Below, one piece after another: positions 53,942 through 61,761 of a stretch of DNA of 64,000 bases; position 1 is the stretch's first letter, and the number at the start of each line of letters is the position of its first letter. The stretch is from positions 87 through 64,086 of the forward strand of contig CAMDUB010000009.1 of NCBI GenBank assembly GCA_945878575.1, in the 5' to 3' direction. This DNA comes from Phycisphaera mikurensis NBRC 102666. GTDB taxonomy: Bacteria > Planctomycetota > Phycisphaerae > Phycisphaerales > SM1A02. A program made the translations under genes and the position numbers. Below the pieces are notes generated by a model that was given only the letters and a program-made list of their open reading frames with translations, had not been told where the DNA came from and did not search any database.

Positions 53942-55269
53942 GCGATGCTCCGGATGATGGCCGCGGCGTTCTGTCCGCCAAGGCTGGGTGTAAAGACAAG
54001 AATCGCGTTCAGTTTCGCGGCGCGCGTGACGCATGCGTTGGCGTCAAGACCAACAGCGCCGACGGTGTTGATGCGCGCTGGCAGACGTTGCTCAGTCAGG
54101 CAGCGCACGGCAACCGCTGCCGCAATGGCGCCGTTGCCCGCGCCGCAGTTACCGATCGCGGGCGTTAGTGTGATGATTGGAATCTGCGCAGCGCGCGCGC
54201 CAAACACCGTATGGATCGCGGCGCGTTCGGCGGCATCCACCAGCGTGACACCCATGCCGAACGGAATGATGGCGTCGATGGCATCGGGCGACATTCCAGC
54301 ATCGGCGAGTGCGGCTTCGATGGCGTCGACAATTCCTTGGCCGTCCGCCTCGGGGTCAACGCCCAACGTGTCCGGGCAGAAACTCTGACTTGCGCCAAAT
54401 CCAGCCAATTCTGCCAGCGGAACGGCGCCACGTGCGGCGGCGGCGTCCATCGCTTCCAGAACCAAGAGACCACCGCCCTCGCCCGGCACGCAGCCTTTGG
54501 CATCGGGGGCATAGGGGCGCACCACGCGCGTCGGATCCTCGCCGGGCGTTGTCGCCGCAAGTCGCTTGGCGTAATGCTGACGCATCATGCCCATCAGATT
54601 GGTCTTACTTTCGGCGCCACCGGAGATACACGCATCCGCATCGCCGCGACCGATCACACGCATCGACTCGCCGATGGAAAGCAAGCTGCTCGCTTCCGCG
54701 CACGTAATAGTGTTGGACGGACCCTGACAATCATGAATGATGGTCACGTGACACGCCAGCATGTTGGGCAAATACTTGAGCATCCACAGCGGCGTCAGGT
54801 TCTTGATGCCCTCGCTGCCCCAGCGACCGATGTCAAACTTTCCGTCCGCCCCGCGCGCGGAGGCAAGTGCGCCGGTGAGTTCATTCTCTTCAGCGGCAAT
54901 CAGTCCAGCGCCGATGTGGCAGCCGAAACGTCCGGGCGGAATCGTGACCGACTCCTGCTCGTGTGATTTGGTAATGATCTTCGCGTGGTTGATCGCCTCA
55001 GTGGCCGCGCCCACCGCAAGTTCAATATCGCGCGACATGACCTTGGTGGCCTTGCGATGCGACTTCGGAACCACCGCCTTCACATCAAACAGCTCGTCGG
55101 CGATCTGCGCAACGAACGGCGTGGGGAAGCCACTGAAATCGAAGGTGCGACATGGGCCGATGCTGCTCTTGCCCTCGCAGAGCGCGCTCCAGAGCGCACT
55201 GATGCCGAGGCCAAAGGGCGTAACGGTCCCAGTACCGGTGATAACAACGCTGCGAGTCTGCCGTGCCAT
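53938..55269 (-). CDS. Ketosynthase-fold protein lacking the catalytic triad (KS partner / CLF-like)
   Basis: KS fold (VVITGTGTVTPFG, GDADACISGGAES). Aligned to FabF, the active-site Cys position is Glu (GPSNTITCAEASS versus GPSISIATACTSG). The His positions are Phe (IIPFGMGV) and Asn (AIGNCGAGNG). The stop overlaps the fabF start. Confidence 0.75.
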   Translation of the reverse strand: MARQTRSVVITGTGTVTPFGLGISALWSALCEGKSSIGPCRTFDFSGFPTPFVAQIADELFDVKAVVPKSHRKATKVMSRDIELAVGAATEAINHAKIITKSHEQESVTIPPGRFGCHIGAGLIAAEENELTGALASARGADGKFDIGRWGSEGIKNLTPLWMLKYLPNMLACHVTIIHDCQGPSNTITCAEASSLLSIGESMRVIGRGDADACISGGAESKTNLMGMMRQHYAKRLAATTPGEDPTRVVRPYAPDAKGCVPGEGGGLLVLEAMDAAAARGAVPLAELAGFGASQSFCPDTLGVDPEADGQGIVDAIEAALADAGMSPDAIDAIIPFGMGVTLVDAAERAAIHTVFGARAAQIPIITLTPAIGNCGAGNGAIAAAVAVRCLTEQRLPARINTVGAVGLDANACVTRAAKLNAILVFTPSLGGQNAAAIIRSIA

Positions 55270-55317
55270 GGACGGAGCAGTCTACGAAGACCGCCGTCTG
55301 ACCGTGCGGACTGCGCT

Positions 55318-56004
55318 TCAGCGGCGGCGGCGACCGTTACCGATCAGCGCGGCGGTCGCGAGCAAGGCGGTTGCGCCTGGTGCCGGAACCACGGTGATGA
55401 AGAGCGACTGCCCGCCAAGGAGACCACCAGCCTCAACAGTGGTGGACCATGACTGACCAGCGGTCAACGTCGGTAGCTCGAGATGCAGGCCGAGCGTTCC
55501 GGTCCAACTGATCGTGCCGGTGGTAGACGCCAATTCAAAGCGGTTGCCCACCGACGGAGTGAAGGTTGACCCGAGACTCACTTCAAAGATCCCATTCAAG
55601 GTCAGGTTGCCATACACCAGAACGGTGTCGTAGTCGACGCGCCCGGTGGTCAGTGCTCTGGAATTGTTGGTACCGGTCAACTCGAAGACCATGCTCGAGT
55701 TTGCGCCGAGCCGGAGATTGCCACCAACTTCAATGACGCCGGGCGAATTGCCCCAGACGAGATCCAGGCCATCGGGACCGGATTCAAGGTCAAAGGCGTC
55801 GTATCGGAAGTTATCTCCGTAGACCGAGCGGCCAGCGGCGTTGATGGTGTCGCCTGCGCCAGCGGCGGCGATCGCATCAGAAATCTGGCCATATTGGTAG
55901 CCATTGAGAGTGCCGCCTGGACCCACCGTGACGATGGCGCACCAGGCTGGTGCAGCAATAAGGAATGCGGCAGAGGCTGAGAGGATGGCGGTAGTGTTCT
56001 TCAT
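55318..56004 (-). CDS. PEP-CTERM-anchored secreted protein
   Basis: Start MKNTTAILSASAAFLIAAPAWC (signal peptide) at 56004. The C-terminus is VVPAPGATALLATAALIGNGRRRR. Confidence 0.65.
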   Translation of the reverse strand: MKNTTAILSASAAFLIAAPAWCAIVTVGPGGTLNGYQYGQISDAIAAAGAGDTINAAGRSVYGDNFRYDAFDLESGPDGLDLVWGNSPGVIEVGGNLRLGANSSMVFELTGTNNSRALTTGRVDYDTVLVYGNLTLNGIFEVSLGSTFTPSVGNRFELASTTGTISWTGTLGLHLELPTLTAGQSWSTTVEAGGLLGGQSLFITVVPAPGATALLATAALIGNGRRRR

Positions 56005-56232
56005 GGCGGTTCGTTTCAGGGGCCGGTGCCCCAATCAATTCAGTGAATCCATTCAGAACGCCAACCCCATGCGGGTTGCGCGCTCACGCCCATAGAGGGG
56101 GCGCTACTTGTAAGAACGAAATCCACGACCGCCACCCATCAAACGGAATGAGAAATTTCCACCGATTTGTAGGTGACTCGTGATTTATCGTGCAGAATCG
56201 GGCGCCATGGCACCTAAGTCATTGCTCGGAAC

Positions 56233-57624
56233 CTACTTACGCATCCGCCGCGCGATCAGCATCGCCAGCTCCAACGCCTGCTCATAGTTGAGGCGCGGGT
56301 CGACCGCCGAGTGGTACGCCTGCGCCAGCATCTCGTCAGATAACCCGCGCGCGCCGCCGGTGCATTCGGTGACATTTTCCCCGGTGAGTTCCACATGGAT
56401 CCCGCCCAGCCACGTGCCCGCAGCGCGGTGAATCTCAAAAGCCTGCTCCACTTCCGCCAAGATGTGCCCAAGTTTACGAGTCTTGACCGGCACCCCCTTG
56501 CCCAGGCCCGACTGCGGAATCACCGTCTCCGTATTGCCGTGCATCGGATCGCAGATCCACACCACGGGACGACCGCTCGCCTTGACGGCCTCGACCAGTT
56601 TGGGCAGGTGCGCGGCAATGGCATGCGCGCCGAAGCGGGTGATGAGCACAATGCGCCCCGGAGTCTGGTACGGATCGAGCCGAGCAATGGTCCGCAGTAA
56701 CGCATCAGCATCAGTACTTGGACCAACCTTCACGCCGACTGGATTTTCAATTCCGCGGAAGAACTCCACGTGTCCGCCTTCCGGATCCGCAGTGCGAACG
56801 CCAATCCACGGGAAGTGCGTGCTCAAATCCCACCAGCCCGCGCGATGCGGCACTTGGCGCGTCTGCGCTTCTTCGTAATCAAGCACCAAACCTTCATGGC
56901 TCGTGAAGAAATCAACGCGATGTACTTGCGCAACATTCACGCCAACCAGCGTCTCCATGAAGCGGAGACCGTCACCAATTTGGTCGACCATCGCCTGATA
57001 TTCAGCGGCCAACGGCGAATGCTTTACAAACTCAAGATCCCAGTATTCCGGGTGATGGAGGTCTGCAAATCCACCGTCGACAAGCGAGCGAATGAAGTTC
57101 AATGTGAGCGCGGCGCGCTCATGACCACGCACCAAGCGGCGCGGATCAGGGGCGCGTTCTGCTGCGGTAAATGCTGGCCCATTCACCAAATCGCCGCGGT
57201 ATGCCGGCAGTGTCACGCCGTCACGCGTCTCCGCATCGCTTGAGCGCGGCTTGGCATATTGACCCGCAAATCGACCGATACGCGTGACACGGCGGCGTCC
57301 ACCCTGCACCAGTACCAGGCTCATCTGCAACAAGATCTTCAGGCGCGCGGCGATCGAGCCAGGCTCGCATCCATCGAATGTCTCAGCGCAATCGCCGCCC
57401 TGAAGAATGAAGCGCTGACCAGAAGCGGCTTCCGCCAACTGCGTGCGGAGCGCTTCAATTTCAAAGCTGGTGACCAAGGGCGGCAACCGCGCAAGATCCG
57501 CGCATGACGATCGCAACGCACCCTGGTCGATCCATTCGGGCTGCTGCAGCGTGGAGCGCGTTCGCCATGAGGAGGGCGACCATCCGTCAACGGCGAATGT
57601 GCGGCGAGTAGCAGGTGCGCTCAT
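56233..57624 (-). CDS. Class II (plant-like) 3-deoxy-7-phosphoheptulonate (DAHP) synthase
   Basis: Start MSAPATRRTF at 57624. LQQPEW, RFILQGGDCAETF, IGRFAGQYAKPRS and ICDPMHGNT are class II DAHPS blocks. The ORF-track start at 57696 would run into the tRNA. Confidence 0.85.
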   Translation of the reverse strand: MSAPATRRTFAVDGWSPSSWRTRSTLQQPEWIDQGALRSSCADLARLPPLVTSFEIEALRTQLAEAASGQRFILQGGDCAETFDGCEPGSIAARLKILLQMSLVLVQGGRRRVTRIGRFAGQYAKPRSSDAETRDGVTLPAYRGDLVNGPAFTAAERAPDPRRLVRGHERAALTLNFIRSLVDGGFADLHHPEYWDLEFVKHSPLAAEYQAMVDQIGDGLRFMETLVGVNVAQVHRVDFFTSHEGLVLDYEEAQTRQVPHRAGWWDLSTHFPWIGVRTADPEGGHVEFFRGIENPVGVKVGPSTDADALLRTIARLDPYQTPGRIVLITRFGAHAIAAHLPKLVEAVKASGRPVVWICDPMHGNTETVIPQSGLGKGVPVKTRKLGHILAEVEQAFEIHRAAGTWLGGIHVELTGENVTECTGGARGLSDEMLAQAYHSAVDPRLNYEQALELAMLIARRMRK

Positions 57625-57657
57625 GAGGTGTAAATCATCCGTCCAGTGAGATGTCAA

Positions 57658-57742
<85 letters not shown>

Positions 57743-57845
57743 GTGAGCCCGGAAGTGTAGAGGGGTTGAGGATTACACGGCGAATCAACCCGACCGCCCG
57801 ACCCAGGCACGCCCTGATTTCCCGCCCGCCCCTAGACTCCGCCCC

Positions 57846-58694
57846 ATGAGCCCGAGCCAGTTCGCCGCCACGAACATCCTGCCGCTTTTGGCGCGCATCG
57901 TCCTGTGCCTGGCGTTCCTGCCGCAGGGGTGGAACAACTTAATGCGTGACGTGGAATACACCGCTCGTGACGCTCAGCGATTGCGTGAACTTGGCGTCCG
58001 CGGCATCACCGACCCCGATCCCAAGAAGTCTGATGTAGCGCTCGGTGCCGTGCGCGGGTTTGAAGCGTTCGAAGCGTTCGAATCACCGGAGTGGCAGAGC
58101 CCTGGCGCCCCACCAGCGCCACGGCCAGGGGCCAATGGCATGGACGACTCCGCGAGCACCGCCACACCGCAACCGGGTGTTACGCCTGCGGCGATGACTG
58201 CACCTGCCAGCAGCGCCTCACAAACGACCCCAACCACTCCATCGAAACCAACCGCGCCCGCACCGGTCATCACCGAACGCCCCAACGCGCTCGCGAGCCC
58301 GCTTGCTCCGCTCACGCAACGCGGCCTGTACACGTTGGCACTGCTCGTTGACCGCGCGCGTATCCCGTTTCCAAACGAGATTGCGTGGGCGGTGGCCGGA
58401 ATCCAACTGGTCGGCGGAGCGTGCGTACTTCTTGGATTGTTCAGCCGCGTCTGGGGGCTGCTGATGTCCCTGATCTTGGCAGCACTGTTTGTGATGACCA
58501 GCCTGCCGATCATCAAGTCGCAGGGGGCATTCGCACTGGGTGCGGAACAACAGAACCTGGTGCTTGCACAAATGGGGCTCTTCGTGCTTGCGCTCGGCGC
58601 ATTCCTGGTGGGTCCTGGTGCCATGAGTCTCGACCGTGCCATCTTCCGGCGCTCCAAGCGCGGCGGTCCGAAGCGCAAGTCAACATCGGCATGA
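57846..58694 (+). CDS. DoxX-like membrane protein with a ~100-aa Pro/Ala/Thr-rich insert
   Basis: The N-terminal helix LPLLARIVLCLAFLPQGWNNL and three C-terminal helices resemble DoxX. The central segment is low-complexity (PGAPPAPRPG...TPTTPSKPTAPAP). Confidence 0.5.
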   Translation: MSPSQFAATNILPLLARIVLCLAFLPQGWNNLMRDVEYTARDAQRLRELGVRGITDPDPKKSDVALGAVRGFEAFEAFESPEWQSPGAPPAPRPGANGMDDSASTATPQPGVTPAAMTAPASSASQTTPTTPSKPTAPAPVITERPNALASPLAPLTQRGLYTLALLVDRARIPFPNEIAWAVAGIQLVGGACVLLGLFSRVWGLLMSLILAALFVMTSLPIIKSQGAFALGAEQQNLVLAQMGLFVLALGAFLVGPGAMSLDRAIFRRSKRGGPKRKSTSA

Positions 58695-59803
58695 ATCGCG
58701 ACGCGGAGAAATTCGATGGCTCGGGTCAGAAATCCGCGCACAGCGTGGATCGCCGCATGGACACCGCGGTTGACACGAGTGTGGACGCGAGGGTGGACAC
58801 CGGCGCCGAAACCACCGCAGAAGCCGGCGTTTCCCCCCGCAGTCCGATCGTGGCGATCACTGCATCAACCATGGTGCATGCACTCATCGCGTTTGCATTG
58901 GTGGCGATGGGAGTCACCGCCGCGCGCGCCATGCGCCGTGAGGCCCCGCCCATCTTGGTTGCCGAATGGACTCCGCCACCACCGATCGGCATTGCACCAT
59001 CACCGCCTGAGCTACCCATTCCGGGAGGCGCGATCGTCTACCAAGGCCCCGCAGCGCGCGGCGTATTCGACAGCGCTTCCGGCGCACGCGCGGCCGCTGA
59101 TCGCTTGGAGCGACTGGCTCCGCCAATCGCAGTGACCGCGAATGCTGCTGGCCGTTTCGGTGGCCAACTCGGCTTCGGCGGCGCACTTCCTGAACGATTC
59201 CGCGCCGCGAGCTTCGCCATGGACAAGCAGCGCGTGGCATTCCTCATTGATGGCGGCGGACGTTTGCTTTCGGCACTGCCAGCGGCGCGCGCGGTACTTG
59301 CCCAGCGCCTAGCCGCACTCATGCCCACGCAGCAGTTCACGGTGGCTATCGCCCGCGGAAACGGCGTGGAACTTGCACCCGGAACTCCAGCTGCAGCCAC
59401 GCGCGCAAACACTGCCGCTGCATTGCGTTGGTTTACCGAACGCAGTGCGCCCGGAGGCACGCCGGACCTTGGTGCGGCACTTGAAAGCGTGTGGCGTGCG
59501 CTTGAACCGGACGCCATCTGCGTCATCGCACGTGGTGCGCCCACCCCGCTCCGCACCGCAGCGCGCAGCGCCAACGCCACACTGCTTTCCACCGCCGATC
59601 GGCTCAATCCCACTACGACGGATGGCTCTCGATTTGCCACATTTCTCTGCGTCGAACTGGTGGAAACATCCGCCGACGGCGCACTGCGCGCACTCGGCGA
59701 ACGCCACGGCGGCAGTAATGGATACCTACTTCTCGACCGCGCCACGCTCGGACTTGCACCGATGCGTTCGCGCAACCAGCCTGCAGGAAACATCAGCAAA
59801 TGA
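58691..59803 (+). CDS. Membrane-anchored protein: TM helix, Pro-rich linker and VWA-like domain (no intact MIDAS)
   Basis: The ATG at 58691 overlaps the DoxX stop (ATGA). TM helix MVHALIAFALVAMGVTAA, then PPPPIGIAPSPPELPIPG. The VWA-like blocks are VAFLIDGGGRLL (DxGxG instead of DxSxS), FTVAIARG and GGTPDLGAALESV. Confidence 0.55.
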   Translation: MNRDAEKFDGSGQKSAHSVDRRMDTAVDTSVDARVDTGAETTAEAGVSPRSPIVAITASTMVHALIAFALVAMGVTAARAMRREAPPILVAEWTPPPPIGIAPSPPELPIPGGAIVYQGPAARGVFDSASGARAAADRLERLAPPIAVTANAAGRFGGQLGFGGALPERFRAASFAMDKQRVAFLIDGGGRLLSALPAARAVLAQRLAALMPTQQFTVAIARGNGVELAPGTPAAATRANTAAALRWFTERSAPGGTPDLGAALESVWRALEPDAICVIARGAPTPLRTAARSANATLLSTADRLNPTTTDGSRFATFLCVELVETSADGALRALGERHGGSNGYLLLDRATLGLAPMRSRNQPAGNISK

Positions 59804-60630
59804 CTACTTACTCACTCCCAGCCGTTGCTACCCGCACCCTTGGCCATGCCACCGGAATGTCCACCACCATAGTGGCCAGTCTTGCCGCCGGATGCATCGC
59901 TGCGCCAGCATGTGCTGGACCATCGTTCGCAACCGCCTTCTTCATCTCGCTCGACCAGTTGCCCGATGGCGGCGTGCGTGTGGACTGGATCGGTAGCTCC
60001 ATGATTTGGGTGTTGATTGCCATGAGCGTTGCCAGTGTGGCACTCATCTGGATTGCCTTCACCGCGAACCGCGTGAGTGACATGCTCCCTCCGTCCGCCG
60101 TTGAAAGCATGCGCTCGATGGTGAGTAGCGGCAAGTTTGCTGAGGCGCTGGAGTGGTCGCGCACCAAGGGTGGTGACTTTGGCCGTGTGATCCACGCAGC
60201 ATTGCTGGCTGCCCCTGCTGGTCATGACGCGATGATGCAAGCGGCGGAATCGATGACTGATGAATTGGTGGTGCGACGCCTACGAAAGATAGAAGTACTC
60301 AATGTCTTTGGCCAAGTTGCGCCAATGATTGGCCTCTTTGGCACGGTGTACGGAATGATCGTCGCCTTCTTCACCATTGCGCAGATGGGTGGAACCGCCG
60401 ACCCGGTGGCGCTTGCGGGCGGAATCGGTACGGCATTGGTGACCACTTTCTGGGGCCTGCTGATTGCCATTCCTGCACTCAGCGTGTTCGCCGTGGTACG
60501 CAATCGAATTGATGCTGCTGGTTCCGAGGGCGCGCGCGAAGTAGAGCAAATTCTCATGCGCTTCCGACCAGGCGGCGCAGGATCGCCCGTTGCAGCGTTG
60601 CGTGGCGAAGCAAAGGGTGCCGAAGCCTGA
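59800..60630 (+). CDS. exbB: MotA/TolQ/ExbB-family proton channel
   Basis: APMIGLFGTVYGMIVAF and GGIGTALVTTFWGLLIAIPALSVF are the conserved TM2/TM3 blocks. The start overlaps the upstream stop. Confidence 0.85.
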   Translation: MTTYSLPAVATRTLGHATGMSTTIVASLAAGCIAAPACAGPSFATAFFISLDQLPDGGVRVDWIGSSMIWVLIAMSVASVALIWIAFTANRVSDMLPPSAVESMRSMVSSGKFAEALEWSRTKGGDFGRVIHAALLAAPAGHDAMMQAAESMTDELVVRRLRKIEVLNVFGQVAPMIGLFGTVYGMIVAFFTIAQMGGTADPVALAGGIGTALVTTFWGLLIAIPALSVFAVVRNRIDAAGSEGAREVEQILMRFRPGGAGSPVAALRGEAKGAEA

Positions 60631-61112
60631 TGCGCGCCAGTCGCATCCATCGCCGAGGACCTGCATCGTTTGAGGCGAACATGACGCCGCTGATCGATAT
60701 GGCGTTCCTACTGATTGTGTTTTTCGTGCTAGTGAGTCAGGTCACCAGTGCGGAGATGGTGGATCTTTCCTTGCCACATCCCACGTCCGGCGCAGCCAAG
60801 CAGCAAGATGGCTCGGAGCGCATTGTGGTGAACGTGATTCCGGCGACCGATGGCGGAGCTGCCGGTTACCGCCTTGGAAAGCGTGAATTCACGGCCGATT
60901 CCACTGGATTGCAGCAGCTCGTGGCCGCCATAGCGCAGGCCATGAAGGGACAGCCCAGCGTGGAAGTCAATATTCGCGCCGACCGCGCGACGGCGTATTC
61001 ATGGGTTCGTCCAGCCATGAATGCGGTGGCCGATGCGCTGACGGTCAGCGGCATTGATCGTGCGCGAGCACGGGTTCGACTGGTGGTACTTGGTGGAGTT
61101 ACCAGTGAGTAA
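60630..61112 (+). CDS. exbD: ExbD/TolR-family protein
   Basis: MTPLIDMAFLLIVFFVLVS anchor and a periplasmic ExbD-like domain (VNIRADRATAYSWV). Confidence 0.85.
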   Translation: MRASRIHRRGPASFEANMTPLIDMAFLLIVFFVLVSQVTSAEMVDLSLPHPTSGAAKQQDGSERIVVNVIPATDGGAAGYRLGKREFTADSTGLQQLVAAIAQAMKGQPSVEVNIRADRATAYSWVRPAMNAVADALTVSGIDRARARVRLVVLGGVTSE

Positions 61113-61761
61113 CGCGGGCTCACAGTTCCAGCATGCGGATGCGCCAAGCAATTCGCTTCATGCGCTCCACGCGCTCAACGCACTAGCAGCGGCGTTGCCC
61201 GAAGCACGCATCGGCGGCAGACCCCGACGCGGATGGCGTGCGCCGCGCCGCCTGCGTAGCACATCACTCGGTGCCGCCATCAGTACCAACATGACGCCGA
61301 TGATTGATGTGGTCTTTCAATTGTTAGTGTTCTTCATTGCCACTACCCACTATGCAACCGACGAGCGCGTGATCGCCATGGATCTCTCGCGCCGCATTGC
61401 AGTGACAGCACCGAGTGATGCAAGCAACCAAGTAGCCGCGCCACTCATCAAGCCACTCGATCCCTTCGCCATGAATGACGAAGCGCTGCATCTATCAGTG
61501 GGCGTTGATGGAGTCATTGTTGCCGGCGCCCCGTTGCGGCGTACGTTCACCCCAGGCGAATTGCGCGCTGTGTTGGCATCCGAATTGCGCGGCAGTGCGC
61601 ATCCAAACGGTATGTTTCAGCCTGCATTTCCGGTGGTGATTGCACCCGCTGATAATGCTCCTTGGGAGATTGCAGTGGAAGTACTTGACGCCGCCGTCGC
61701 TGCAGGTTTCCGAAACGTTGGGTTTGAGCCACGAGCCACGGTGGTGGGGAACGCGCCGTGA
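61105..61761 (+). CDS. exbD: ExbD/TolR-family protein (second copy, start uncertain)
   Basis: MTPMIDVVFQLLVFFIATT anchor. The in-frame GTG at 61105 overlaps the upstream stop by 8 nt. The ORF-track ATG at 61054 would overlap the upstream gene by 59 nt. Confidence 0.75.
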   Translation: MSNAGSQFQHADAPSNSLHALHALNALAAALPEARIGGRPRRGWRAPRRLRSTSLGAAISTNMTPMIDVVFQLLVFFIATTHYATDERVIAMDLSRRIAVTAPSDASNQVAAPLIKPLDPFAMNDEALHLSVGVDGVIVAGAPLRRTFTPGELRAVLASELRGSAHPNGMFQPAFPVVIAPADNAPWEIAVEVLDAAVAAGFRNVGFEPRATVVGNAP

